Assembly (NCBI RefSeq): GCF_009914755.1
Contig: NC_060939.1
Length of the DNA: 64,000 nt
Direction: 5' to 3' (one strand)
Origin: the human T2T-CHM13v2.0 reference genome, Homo sapiens
A program made the translations under genes and the position numbers. Below the pieces are notes generated by a model. It was not told the origin of the DNA. It saw only the letters and a program-made list of their open reading frames with translations, and did not search any database. Positions 30,526 to 47,372 of the stretch are shown piece by piece (positions within the stretch are counted from its first letter, which is position 1; each line of letters opens with the position of its first letter).

Positions 30526-30572
30526 TCCCCTCCTAAATTTTTTCAGTATTTCCCCTCCTAAATTTTTTCAGT
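30526..30572. repeat. Tandem duplication with 25-bp period (tcccctcctaaattttttcagt x2)
   Basis: Directly visible. Confidence 0.9.
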
Positions 30573-30913
30573 GTCTCATTTATTTGGTCCTCTTTCCTTC
30601 TGGTCTCAAAGACCAAGGCAATCTTCTCCCTGGATGAACAAAACCCTTGTATTTGAGCTCTCATTCTCATCCCTACCTACCTCTAAGACTTTTTTCTTCA
30701 TCAATTACCATACTCCAGGTTACCTGAAACTTCAATCTCTTTATTTACCTAAAATCTGTCCTCTACCTACTAAGCTCCCCCAATTAATCTTCTATTTCTC
30801 TGTCTTGCTATTCACCTGCATGTTATCATCTTTTCTCTCTTCTCTATGTGCCTAAACTTCTTCAAAGGGCTGCTCTACACTTAATACTACTGCTTCCTAT
30901 GACTACTACTATT

Positions 30914-30941
30914 ATTATCAGATACTGGTTCAGGATCAGGA
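30914..30941. repeat. Exact 28-nt direct copy of exon-5 sequence 29253-29280
   Basis: attatcagatactggttcaggatcagga occurs at both positions. Confidence 0.97.
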
Positions 30942-31639
30942 TGAGGGCCTGAGCAGAGGGCCATTCTGAGGAAACAACGCTGAAGCTCAAGGATGAGAAA
31001 CAGCAGAGGCCAGCATGTGAAAAGGAGGACAGCCAATGCCCTGTTATGAACTGAAAGAGAAAGGCTGCCCTTCTCCTATTGGAGCAACCCACAGCTGAAG
31101 TCCTTATAGGGTAATATTTTCTGTAAAGCATTCCTAATGCTAGCTGCCTGCTTTTACATCTCACTTCTATTTAATTTCCAACATATTATATTGGAAGCAA
31201 TACCTGGTATTAGTATTTTAATCTTCAGTTCCTCCCTAGTAATAAACAAAAACAAAGTTGAGCAGATAAGCACTCAAGGCTTTCCCTATCATTCCTGTAA
31301 GAGTGCGCCACCTCTTTGGGATCCTACTGTACCTGACCTATCAACCTGAGATGACGTGCATTATATGGTTATCAGTATGTATACCTATCCAGCCCACTAA
31401 GATTTGAGTTTTTTGAGAAGTTCCTTACCATGCATTTAACTGTACATATAATGCAATGCTTGCATCTAGTAGGTGCTTAACTTATTGAAAGGTAACCAGT
31501 CCTATTGTGATTCTCTACTTATGAATCAACAGTTATAAACATGAATAATAATTAGTAGGTGTGACAACTATGCTCGATTTTAACACTATGAAAAATTTGG
31601 AATCAAAATATTTAGGAAAAAAAATGCCTACTTCAAAAT

Positions 31640-32380
31640 AGTTTAGCTTAACTAAGTCTCAAAGGTAAAATAAAACAAAATGATGCCATGTAAGTACTAG
31701 AAAAAAATACAACAGAGAGGCTTTTGCAATTAAAAGGCTTTTGGAAGCATGACACCAAGGCAGAACCAATAAAATGAAAGTCTGACAGACATGACAAAAT
31801 AAAAATGAAAACATTTCAATGTTGTAATAAAATGATACAAAACAACAAACACAAACAACTTACAAGCATTCACAAAAGCAAAGAGGATAACAACACATGA
31901 GGTATGTATGACAAAAGGCTAATAATCTGACTACAGAAAACACTCTAGTATGACCATCACCACCATATAAATGCAAAGGACATGAACAGGTAAATGAAAA
32001 AACAAATGGGTAGTAAATACACCATGAGAGGATCAAATCCACTTGTGATTTAAAATGTTTCATTTGAAACACTTGTTTAGTTTATCAGTTTGGCAAAGAT
32101 TTAAGACCTGTTGAAAACTGAACTCTCAATAGCCTATTGATTTTCTGAAGGACAAACTGGCAATACATACATCAAAAGTCATTCAGGCCCTTTGACTCTG
32201 AAAAGCCACTCCTAGAAAATTATTCTAAACATTAACTAAACAAGTAGGTAGTAATATGATGATTTTTGCAGCTGAATTTTAAAAAAATACTTGCGGACTG
32301 GACACTGAAATGCCTGTGAATGAGTGGGTTGGATAAATATATATGCATAGTGAAATGCTGCATGGCCATGTGGATACCTA
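31640..32380 (+). mobile_element. Old L1 (L1ME-like) 3' fragment
   Basis: ccctttgactct...ccactcctagaaaattatt; gagtgggttggataaat. Confidence 0.55.
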
Positions 32381-32382
32381 CA

Positions 32383-33938
32383 CAGTCATGCACCATGTAA
32401 AACAACGGACAGCACGTACTGCAGGGGCCCCATAATATCACAATGGAGCTGAAAATCTCCTATCACCTAGGGACGCCACAGGGTCATAATGTCGTGGGTG
32501 CACTGCAGTACTTATGTTGGTGGTGATGCTGGTGTAAACAAAGCTACTATGCTGCCAGTGGAATAGAAGTGTAGCAGATACAATATGTACAGAATATAAT
32601 ACTTGATAATGACTATGTTACTGGTTTATGTATTTACTATGCTAAACTTTTTATCATTACTGCAGAGTGTACTCCCTCTACTTATTTTTTTTTCTACATG
32701 TTAACTGAGAAAACAGCCTCAGGTAGGTCCTTCAGGAGGTGTTCCACAAGAAGGCATTATTGTCACAGGAGATGATGGCTCCATGCGTGTTACTGCCCCT
32801 GAAGACCTCCCACTAGGACAAACTGTGGAGGTGGAAGACAGTGACACTGATGACCCTGATCCTGGGTAGCCCTAGGCTAATGTGTGTGCTTGTGTCTTAG
32901 TTTTTACTAAAAAAGTTTAAAAAGTGAAAAATAAAAAATTTTAGGCTAGGTGCAGTGCCTCCTACCTGTAATCCCAGAACTTTGGGAGGCGGAGGCAGGC
33001 AGATCACTTGAGGCCCGGAGTTCAATACCAGCCTGGCTAACATGGCAAAACCCCATCTCTACTAAAAATACAAAATACGGGCTTGGTAGCGGTCGCCTGT
33101 AATCCCAAGGCTGAAGCACGAGAATCACCTGGACCAGGGAGGCGGAGGTTGCGGTGAGCCAAGATCACGCTACTGCACTCTAGCCTGGGTGACAGAGCGA
33201 AACCGTGTCTTAAAAAAACACAGCCTGTAATCCAAGCACTTTGGGAGGCCGAGGCGGGGCGGATCACGAGACAGCCTCCATCAGGAGATCGACACCATCC
33301 TGGCTAACATGGTGAAACCCTGTCTCCACTAAAAATACAAAAAAATTAGCTCTGGTGGCGGGTGCCTGTAGTCCCAGCTACTCGGGACGCTGAGCTTGCA
33401 GTGAGCCAAGATCGCGCCACTGCACTCCAGCCTGGGTGACAGAGTGAGACTCTGTCTCAAAAAAAAAAGAAAAAAACCAAAAAGAACCCAAAAAATTTTA
33501 AATATTTTTGTACAGCTGTACAACGTGTTTGTTATTACGAGAGTCAAAAAGTTAGAAAGTTTATAGGTTAAAAAAGTTTCAGTAAGCTAAGGTTTATTAT
33601 TGAAGAAAGAAGACTTAAATAAATTTTATAAATTTATAAAATATTAAATACATTAAAAATATTAAAACGTTAAAAATTTAGTGCAGCCTAAATGTACAGT
33701 GTTTACAAAGTCTACAGTAGTGTACAGTAATGTCCTAAGATGTCACATTCACTCACCACTCACTCGCTGACTCACTCAGAGCAACTTCCAGTCCTGCAAG
33801 CTCCATTCATAGTAAGTGCACTAAACAGGCATATAATTTTTTTATCCACTATATATTTTTACTGTACTTTTTCCATGTTTAGACATACACATACTTACCA
33901 TTGTTTTACAGCTGCCTACAGTATCCAGAACAGTAACA
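32383..33938 (+). mobile_element. Tigger3b (Golem)-like element, 3'-truncated, interrupted by Alus
   Basis: cagtcatg left end; acagcctcaggtaggtccttcaggagg; cattcactcaccactcactc; gagcaacttccagtcctgcaagctccattcat. Confidence 0.85.
32944..33480 (+). mobile_element. Tandem Alus: AluS-like (to about 33217) followed by a deleted/rearranged AluY-like copy
   Basis: Two consecutive Alu dimers, both with internal deletions. Confidence 0.88.
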
Positions 33939-33949
33939 TAATATATCTA

Positions 33950-34250
33950 TTATGAGAAGTGAATTATCAGGCAATTCTGTCTTTGTGTGAACATCACAGA
34001 ACGTTATCTTCCCAAACCCAGATGGTATAGCCTACTACACATCTAGGCTACTTGGCATAGCCTATTGCTCCTCCGTTACAAGCCTGTACAGCATGTTAGT
34101 GAACTGAATACTGTAAGCGACTGTAACACAATGGTAACTATGTGTGTATCTAAACACGGTAAAGGTAAATACAGTACTATAATCTTATGGAACCACTGTC
34201 AGATATGTGGTCTGTTGTTGACCAAAACATTGTCATGTAGCATGTGACTG
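33950..34250 (-). mobile_element. Tigger3a-like MITE, inverted
   Basis: Reverse complement of the element type at 17797-18102. Ends gcatgtgactg|TA. Confidence 0.8.
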
Positions 34251-34300
34251 TAGAGGAGGAAAAGAGGAGGAAACATTAAGCCAAAAAGAGGTAACTATTT

Positions 34301-34596
34301 GGCCGGGCGTGGTGGCTCATGCTTGTAATCCCAGCACTTTGGGAGGCCGAGGCAGGCAGACCACGAGGTCAGGAGATCGAGACCATCCTGGCTAACACGG
34401 TGAAACCCTGTCTCTACTAAAAATACAAATAATTAGCCGGGCGTGGTGTCAAGCGCCTGTAGTCCCAGCTACTCAGGAGGCTGAGGCAGGAGAATGGTGT
34501 GAACCTAGGAGGCGGAGTTTGCAGTGAGCCGAGACCGTACCACTGCACTCCAGCTTGGGCGACAGAGCGAGACTCCGTCTCAAAAAAAAAAAAAAA
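34301..34596 (+). mobile_element. AluY-like
   Basis: TSD aggtaactattt on both sides. Confidence 0.93.
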
Positions 34597-34840
34597 AGGT
34601 AACTATTTAACTGTCCCCTTTCCTTTTTCAATTGAAAAAAATCCTGGTATCTAAACTGAGAAAATACACGTACCAGTGACATACCACACCAGTGTTAGAA
34701 GAAACACTCAAGTGTAAACAAATAACTTTGGAACTATTGTTTCAGTTTTCCTTAAATGGGAAGGATAAATTCAAATACCAGAAATGTATCAACAATAAAG
34801 TTGGGGTACCTTTACTAAATTACAGAGAAAAGATACTTAC

Positions 34841-34943
34841 AATTTTTGCATTTTTCCCACTTTTCCTTAGTTGCTGAACAGCAAAAGCATGTTCAACATT
34901 ATCCATTGAAACTCCGTTAACCATTGCAACTCGGTCATTTTCC
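34841..34943 (-). CDS. TJP1: TJP1 exon 4 (103 nt), PDZ1: [34 protein letters not shown]
   Basis: cttag|GGAAAAT...AAAATT|gtaagt. Phase 2-0, compatible with neighbouring exons. Confidence 0.97.
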
Positions 34944-35436
34944 CTAAGGGGAAAAGGGCACAAAATAATATGTTAGAGAAAAACATTCTGGTAAGTTTAT
35001 GATGATATTTCCAAGATAGGTACTTCTAAAATGTAATCTAATTATGAGCCAATTAATTAATTTCTCTTTAGATCAATGATAAAATAATGTCAACTGACTT
35101 ACTTTCAGATTTCTCTGCAGAATGTTTAACAAGTAACTAACCACAGGTCCTTAATTTTTTTAAGTCATTAACAAAGTATTTCCCCAAAAGACTGAACAGA
35201 TATCACATACACGAAATGATTCTTGGTAGTACAGTTACAGGGCATTAAATGATACTAAGTCATACAGCTGGAAAACTTACTCCCTTTTAAGTTTTTCATC
35301 TTTTAATTCTCTTTTAATTCTTCTAATTATAGTGCCACTATTTTGCTAGTGTATTTTGTGTTTCTCTTTATCTTACTAATCTTCATAGGGAATAAAAAGG
35401 GTGGCAAGACTTGGGGAGGAGGCTTCTGAAGGCTAG

Positions 35437-35845
<409 letters not shown>

Positions 35846-36009
35846 GTTTCCCTCTTAATATATGTTAATTTAAGGAAAAATATATGAAGCATGGCACAGG
35901 TGGAGTGTGAATATGACAAAATCACTAAGACAGTGTAAGACAGTACGCCAGTGCCTGAGGAGAGGAACACTGCTTGTTGCACAGTGCCCACGATAAGCAG
36001 CACTCTTAC

Positions 36010-36134
36010 TGTAGCTGTCCTTCAGCTGGTCCTCCTTTCAGCACATCTGAAATCACTATTGACGTTTCCCCACTCTGAAAATGAGGATTATCTCGTCCAC
36101 CAGATATTGCAATTCCAAATCCAAATCCAGGAGC
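36010..36134 (-). CDS. TJP1: TJP1 exon 3 (125 nt), PDZ1: [42 protein letters not shown]
   Basis: ctttag|GCTCCT...CTACA|gtaaga. Carries the GFGF carboxylate-binding loop of PDZ1. Confidence 0.97.
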
Positions 36135-37119
36135 CTAAAGTAAAAATTACAGTAAAATATTGCTATTAAGGACAAAAATAATTGTTATATCATACTCTAC
36201 AATCTAGAGAAGCCAAAATATAAAAATTACAATCTTAATATATCTGTGATCCATAAACACTCACCTGCATGGTTACCTATTAGAATTATCCTTGTACAAG
36301 AATGCATGCTCTAATAACTACTGGACATAACAGAATATTAAAAATCGCCAACTATATACATGTTCTTTAAAAACCAAAAGACAATTAAAAATTATTAACA
36401 CTGAGATCCTGACTTTATTTTTGATCAGAAGAGGTCCTGAGGAGACTGGCAGAGCCCAGTGTGATCATCAGCCATCCTGGCAACTGATTTAGAAGATGAC
36501 AGACTTATCCAGCATACACACCCTTTGTCATTTTACATAAATATCAATTGCTTTGAAAATCAAGTATTAGTTATTTCAACTTCTTTCAACAACTTCTGCC
36601 AACTCCTAAAAATCTCTGTAGAATATAATGCCTTGTGCACACTATACAATAGAAGGTGTACATTAGCCATATTGAACTAACATTGTAAAATTACCTTTTT
36701 AAAAAACTAAATTATAATAAGCTACGCACTTCTGAAAGAGCCAAGAATCTTTACCACAATGACTCAGGACAGGCCGGTATAGAAAAAATTCAAAATATTT
36801 TCCAGGTTGTTAAAAAATTACCTAATCTCAAAGAAATCACTATTCCCTAGAAAGGATATGAAGTACTTAAGAGTAGTTTAAAGAGACAATATACATTTTC
36901 TTAAGGCTACAGAATCATTAAGCCAGAAATGTATGTTTTTGTATAAAACTGTACAATTCAAACTGCCTGAGGACAAAGGTAACAACTTCCTCCCTCAGCT
37001 TTCCAGTCCGCAACAGAGGAGACTATTTTCACCATGAATAGTGCATACATCACCTTTCCTCCCATCCCAAAGCCTATAGAAGTAGCAAAAGAAAAAAAAA
37101 AATCTTCTTAAAAATGAAT

Positions 37120-37560
37120 AAATACCAACTATTCCAAGTGTCCATCAACTGATGAATGGATAAAACGTGATATATATCCATACAATGAAACATTGTGTGT
37201 AAAAAGGAATGAAGTACTCATACATAGTATAACATGAATCAACCTTGAAAACATCATGCTAAGGTGAAGAAACCAGTCACAAAGGTTAATAGATTCTATT
37301 ATTCCGTTTATATAAAATGCTCAGAAAGGCAAATCTATAAAGACAAAAACCTGAATGGTGGTTGTCTAGGGCTACAGGGATTGGAGGGGGTGATAATTCA
37401 ATGGGAGGTGTTTTTTTTTTCCCCAGTAATGAAAATGTTTTAAAATGGACTCTGGTGATGGTCACACAACTCGGAACACGCTAAAAACCAATGAACTGCA
37501 TACTTTAATTGTTTGGCATGTGAATTATATGGCAATAAAGCGAACACAAAAAAGTTAATA
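37120..37560 (+). mobile_element. L1MB/L1MC-type 3' end
   Basis: ccaagtgtccatcaactgatgaatggataaa; aaccttgaaaacatcatgctaa; ggtgatggtcacacaact. Confidence 0.8.
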
Positions 37561-37679
37561 TGAAAAAAGAAAATAATAAAACAGGGAAATTTCTGAGTAA
37601 CTGAAGATAATGGCAACCATCTGAATCTGTTTCTCTATATATTCTCCCAAAATTTAATAGAACAAAAATAGACCAACTA

Positions 37680-38401
37680 CAGTGGTTCTCCCTTATCCTC
37701 GGTTTCATGTTCTTTGCTTTCAGTTACTTCAGGTCAACTGCAGTGTGAAAATTTTAAACGGAAAACTTCAGAAATAAACAATTGGTAAGACTTAAATTGC
37801 ACACCGTTATGAGCAGTGTGATGAAATATTTTGCCATCCTGCTACGTCCCATCTAAGATGTGAATCATCCCTTTGTCCAGTGTCTCCACGCCATAGGGGC
37901 TCCCCACCCATTAGTTACTCAGTAGCTGTCAGTTATGAGATCAACTGTGGAGAGGTAACACAATGCTTGTGTTCAAGTCACCCTTATTTTACTTAATCAT
38001 GACCCCAAAGTACAGTAGTAGTGATGCTGGCAATTCGGTATACCAAAGAAAATCTGTAGTGTTTCCTTCAAGAGAGAAGGCGAAAGTCCTCCATTTAATA
38101 CAGAAAAAAAAAAAAAATATGCTGAGGTTACTAAGATCTACAGGGAGAAGGAATCTTCTATTAGTGAAATTGTGAAGGAAAACAAAATTTGTGCTGGTTT
38201 TGCTGTCACACCTAAAATTGCAAGGGTTTCGCCACAGTGCATGGTAAGTGCTTATTTAAGATGGAAAAGGCATTAAACTTGTGAGTGGAAGACAGGCACA
38301 GAAATGTGCTCCAATTAACAGCAAAACTGGGTTTGATACTATCCAAGAATTCAGGCATCCACTGGGGGAACATACACCCCATGGCTCAGAGGGGACTACT
38401 G
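37680..38401 (+). mobile_element. MER44 (Tigger7-derived)
   Basis: TA|cagtggttctcccttatcc ... gaggggactactg|TA. Internal gatgtgaatcatccctttgtccag. Confidence 0.85.
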
Positions 38402-38419
38402 TACACAAAACCATACACT

Positions 38420-39100
38420 CATCATAATTCAAAGACAATATCCAAATTTCAAATTAAAAGCAGGACTAAAACTTCAAAAATAAACAATTAGAGACAAATG
38501 ACTATTAGAACAGCATTAGAAAACATAAGACACTACAGAACAAATTCAAATAAATTTGAAAACCTAAAGGAAACATAATTCCTGAGGAAATATAGATGGC
38601 CAAAATTGACCCTATTATAAATAAAAGGCTTAAACGGCCCAATTTCTGGAGAAAAAAGCAGCAAAATTTATGAGGGAATTATCCCACAAAAAGGCACCAG
38701 GCGCAAATGATTTCCCAGAGAAATTGTGCCAAAACATGCAATATCCAGACAGCCTCAGTACAATATATTGTTTCAGAACACTGATATCAAGGAAAGCTTC
38801 TAAATTCTTTTTATGAAGCAAGTATAATACTGACACTGAAAGCTGATGACTGTCCATGATAATGACTAACCCCCCAATATTACAGCTCAACATAATTTAT
38901 TTGTATCAGTGCAAAATACAAAATAAAAATAAGCAAACAAAGGCCAACACTACATAAATACTCCATGAAAAAGGGATTAATTCCAGGAATGCAGGATTAG
39001 TAGGAAATCCACTGGCATAATATATCCTATTAATAAATCTAGAGAAAAAAATTATATGATTATCTCCAAGATCCTGAAAAAGCCTTTGACAAAATTTGAC
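38420..39100 (+). mobile_element. Old L1M ORF2 fragment
   Basis: aaatttgaaaacct; aaaaggcaccaggcgcaaatg; ccaggaatgcagga. Confidence 0.65.
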
Positions 39101-39119
39101 TTTCACCGCTGAAGAGAAA

Positions 39120-40225
39120 ACAAAGTTTGTGAAAAGGCACTGTAACAAACCCTGTAAGTATGTTGCTTTTTGTTAAAGTACACAAAGAAAATCCAGCTTT
39201 TCATACACAGATACAGTCATTGAAAAAGAAGAGTTATTTTAGTAGCCTTTTTAGGTAATTACGAAAATTCATGTTTGACTTTATGCCAAAAACTTAATAA
39301 ATGATAGTTTCCTAAAGGAGAGTAACAATGTACAGTTTGAAACCATATCATTCAACTGTCTGTACTGTTGCATGAATTATCTATTGGCCTATTTTACACT
39401 CTGAATGAGTATTTTATCCATGTATAATTTTACTATAGCATGCCTTAGTCTTTCGGAAAATACTGGTTCCCTGAGTTAGGTAAATCTTCCAAATGATGCC
39501 ACATTTCACCACACAGTGTATTTTAAAATCATGTGTTAATATCACTATCAAGGTTATCAAAAGAGTCTTTAAGTACTGAAAAGCTACTGAGCTTATGGTG
39601 GCAGATAAAAATTTCTCAAATTTTAAATTTTGTTTTAAAAATCAGTTTTCATTGTTAGCAACAAATACTATCAAGAATTGTTCTCCTTGAAGCAAGGTAC
39701 TCATTCATTTTGGAGAAATATGTTTGTCAAATATTCAAGTTTGGATAACCATACATTCCTTCAAGTAAACAATTGTTCAAGTAAAAGTGATGCCTGCCTT
39801 CCACCCCCCCCACTCAATACACGGCTGCAATTCAAATAATCACACAAGTACTTTAGTACAAGGCAGAAGTACTTTAGGCACACTTCCTGTTTGCATACCT
39901 AGACTACTGAAAACGTGTGTATTCAAGGGTTGGAAAGTAACAAGACACAGTTCTTACTGTTTCAAGTCATTCTTAAATAAAACTGAAATTGTTCTTTTAA
40001 TCTACGAGTGTGTGACAATGACTATTATACGGTTTGGTGCCCCTGCCTTGATTTGGGCTACAAAGCCCACAGTTTTAACCGCCATTGTTTCTGAACCTTC
40101 AGTCAAATAATTACACAGCGAAGAAGATAAGAAATACCTTCATATTGAATAAAAAGAGTTTTGCCCTTGAACCTAAAAAGGTTTCAGGGACCTTTAGGAG
40201 TCCACAGACCATACTTTGAAAATGT
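39120..40225. mobile_element. Charlie1-like hAT transposon fragment
   Basis: tactggttccctgagtta; cttatggtggcagata; gcaacaaatact; terminal ggagtccacagaccatactttgaaaa. Confidence 0.75.
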
Positions 40226-40984
40226 CGATATTAAGAACTACTTAAACATGAAGGGAGAAAAATAAATAAATAAATAAAACAATGAAACAATTTACAAAAG
40301 ATATATGAGATGTTAAAACCCACAGATAAATGCAAATTAAAACCAAAGAACACCAAGAACAGAAACATTAAAGTATAACATATTTCAGAAAAGGGAGGCT
40401 ATAGCAAACAGTCTACTACTGATGGGCACACAAATTGCTACAACTTTCAGGAGAGGAATTTGGCAGTAACCTAACAAAACTACAAATGTACTATCTTTTG
40501 ACAGAGCAAACTAACTTCTAGAAAGTACCCTAAAGATACACATACCTCTCTCACAATACAAAAGTAACAAACGCACAAGGTTATTCATTGCAGACTGTTT
40601 GTAATTGCAAAATGCTGGGAAAACACCTAAACACCCCAGCCTTAGTAAACGATTATCCTTTCCCTTTTTTTCTCCTTCAAAGAAGTTGGGGCTAATCTTT
40701 GTAATTTAGTAATTTGAAAAATTACTCTATGTAATTTTACAGTATGAACTTACATCTTGTTTGGTAGTTCTTTTATTTTCCTCTTTTATTTAAAAGTTAA
40801 AAACATAAAAAGATTAAAAAAAACCAAAAACATTAGGAACTTTCAATAAGCAAGGCAGGGATGCGAGCATACATTTAAAAAAATTACTTGTGAGCAAGTA
40901 AATGCAGTTCCGGCACCTAGTAGGGCAGGTAATCCTGCTACATCAGTGCTTACCACAGTTCACTTAATGACTATCCAGGAGCCC

Positions 40985-41165
40985 TGCGACTTCTTACCCA
41001 GGCTGCAGGTAAGAATCACTTGGGAACAATTTCAAAACTGCTTGCTGATGCATGATCCTCAATCTATACCAATTAAGTAAAAATGGAGAAGAGGAGTTGG
41101 TGGACTTAAAAAAAAAAAAATAGCCCCCAGGTGATTCTAATGAGCAGCCAGGAACGAGAGCTGCA
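40985..41165. mobile_element. MER5-like hAT MITE
   Basis: agaatcacttggga...cccaggtgattctaatgagcagccagg. Confidence 0.65.
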
Positions 41166-41734
41166 GCTTTCAATGTTTTCTGAATATAAGATCAGTTCAT
41201 TAAAAATTTCAAAAGGTTCAACTTTTCCCCACTTTCCCTTCCCTCTACCTTCATAATTGTCTTATTTGGCCCTTTCAACAGATTTCTCACCTCCACTGCA
41301 CTACAAGTGTTGGCAGTGCTGTCCCTCTAACACAAAGACCCTAATCCAATAGATCCTTGCCCCAAGTCCAAATTCCTTAGCATGCAGTGCCTTTGAATAC
41401 AACTCCAAACTTGCTTCCCAGCACCCCAGTCTTTGCTCTAAACCCACCTAAATACTGATTCCTGCTTAGGGAGATCACGCAATATCAAACTATGGCTTAA
41501 CATCTCCTCTCTCCCTAGGATTTCCTTACTACCTTATCAATCTTGCAAGCTTCAGCTCATCTTTCAAAACCCAGGTTCCATGTCACCTCATTCATAAAAC
41601 TACCCTTGGCTTTCACAGAAGTGGTCCATCCTGTACATGTGCTGGGGCACATGTACACACTTGTGCTACTTAACACACAGCACAAGTAGCCTCGGTTAGC
41701 AAGGCCCTATTTGGGAGGAAGTCACATATTTAAA

Positions 41735-42323
41735 ATCGAAGGCTAACCTGATTAAGCCCGCCAAACTTAACCTGTCTTTTTCATCGCTTACTTCTAGTTG
41801 ATCTATTTTAAACTCCCCACTAGCAAGTCACATAGCAAATCTCCCACGAACTTCCTTACAGATAACTTCCGAATGTGGGTCACTACAGTAACGGTTGCTT
41901 AAAGTTATTTCCAGGAACCAGTTGGCAGCTCTTGTCCACTTCAAGCTGATTAAGACCACCGACCCTTCAACTGGGCCTGCATGAATGCCCAAAGAGAGGT
42001 GACTGTTTGATGTCAGAGGGCCAAAACCTCCTTCCTCAGATCATGGTGATACTGCCATTTTTCAAACATGCATTCTATGAAGAGCTGTGTAACTTGACTA
42101 CATGTATGCAGATCCTAACTAACTCACTTTTCCTTACCCCCAATCTTTCTCCCCCACACCTTGGAGAACCTTGGTACTCTATTCCAAAAACATCCTTAAA
42201 ATCCCATCTTTGGAGAGGTGGGTTTGAGATTTGTTCTCCCATCTCCTCATTTGGCAGTCTTGTGAGTAAAATCTTTTCTCTTTGCCAAAACAAGTCATCG
42301 CAGTGACTGGCTTGCTAGTTCAA
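41735..42323 (+). mobile_element. Solo LTR, ERV1 (MER4-group-like)
   Basis: LTR-type text with a U5-like end (gatttgttctcccatctcctcatttggc...agtaaaatcttttctctttg). Subfamily not determined. Confidence 0.6.
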
Positions 42324-42838
42324 TATATTCGTATACATCTTTCAACTCAATGCAACCCTGCAGAAGCCTGACACAAAGTGGTTCACGAAGTTAGTGAACC
42401 TCAACAAGTATTTGATTGATTATTCAATTTAACTTTAATTCTATTTCCCTTTATAGAGACTCTTTTTTTAAACTAGCCCTAATTAGAGCACTAAAAACAG
42501 AATTCTGGAAAAATTAGCAGCAATGAGAGTAGGCATGAATGAATCTTCCTGAATAAAAACAGGCAGTCGACTACATAACAAACCAAGAATCCAAGTGCAA
42601 CATTTACAACAAAACTAGGGGGTCAATGTATCCCCCTTGAAGTGCAAAATGCAACGAGGAGGGGATAAACAACCAGCTATGGAGACTTCCTTAGCATGTG
42701 AACGAAGCCATATTCTAAAACAAACAAACAAACAAACAAACAAAATCCTCCCCACCACCTCCCGAAGGAAAAAAAAAAAAACCACCACAAATTACAGGCA
42801 AAAATGAGAAAAAACGATCAGAATCAAACCCTCTATAC

Positions 42839-43359
42839 CAGCAGTCCTCAACCTCTTTGGCACCAGGGATTGGTTTCTTTGAAGACAATTTTTCCACAGA
42901 CCGGCAGGTGGAGGGGATGGTTTCGGGACAATCCAAGTACATTACATTTATTGTGTACTTTATTTCTATTATGATTACACTGTAATATATGATGAAATAA
43001 TCACAAAACTCACCATATTGTAGAATCAGTGGGAGCCCTGAGCTAGTTTTCCTGCAACTAGATGGTCCCATCTGGGGGTGATGGGAGACAGTGACAGATC
43101 ATCAGGCATTAGATTCTCATAAGGAGTGTGCAACCTAGATCCCTTGCATGCATGGCTCACAACAGGGTTCACACTCCTGTGAGAATGTGATGCCGCCACA
43201 GGAGGCAGCGCTCAGGCAGTAATGAGAGCAATGGGGGGTGGCTGCACATACAGGTGAAGCTTTGCTCACTTGCCCGCCACTCACCTCCTGCTGTGTGGCT
43301 CAGTTCCTAACAGGCCAAAGATCCGTACATCTCTGTGGCCTGGGGGATGGAGACCTCCG
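42839..43359. mobile_element. MER1A (hAT-Charlie)
   Basis: About 520 bp. tttggcaccaggga...gaagacaatttttccacagacc; agatcatcaggcattagattctcataaggag. 8-bp TSD ctctatac / ctctacat. Confidence 0.88.
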
Positions 43360-43679
43360 CTCTACATAAAGTTACTATATAATGGATACTGAGTAGCAGA
43401 ATAACATCTCTGCAGACAATAAAAGTATGCCTGAAAGAAGGCTTAAAAGAGGGAGAGGATTAAAACTGTTATTAGCACAAGAAGATACAAGACATGAAAG
43501 AATTAGAAAAAATGTAGAAATGAAGAGGAAGAATTCGAGACCAAATCTGAAATTTTAAAAGGTCATTTTAGATAGGAATATAAGACCAAAAAACATCTTA
43601 AGAGAAAAAGTAAAAAAGAAATCAACCTAACATCCTAACATTAAATCAACAATACATACGACATTAACAACATTACATA

Positions 43680-46763
<3,084 letters not shown>

Positions 46764-47074
46764 GAACGCCAGAGATTTTATAAAAAGGATTTGAGGAACA
46801 TTACAAACACTAAAGACAAGCAAAAGCAGCATGATATATATGAACAGTAGGAGTCCCTAAAGAAGCAAATCAAAAGAAGGGAAGAGAAAAATTAGTTTAA
46901 AAAACAAAAAAAACTTCGCTGATACTATTTTTGAAAAAATTGAAACTAGGTACTGAAAGAGTTTACATCACTGTAAATATGTGAGTTATCTGAGAATATC
47001 AACTCAGGAGGACTAATACCAAAAATATATTTAAATGACTAAATTTTAAGAAAAAAGAAATAGCAACTCAAGGA

Positions 47075-47372
<298 letters not shown>

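Larger units (their letters stand above)
30100..31490. mobile_element. Very old L2-like fragments (mixed orientation)
   Basis: Degenerate L2-like motifs only. Confidence 0.4.
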
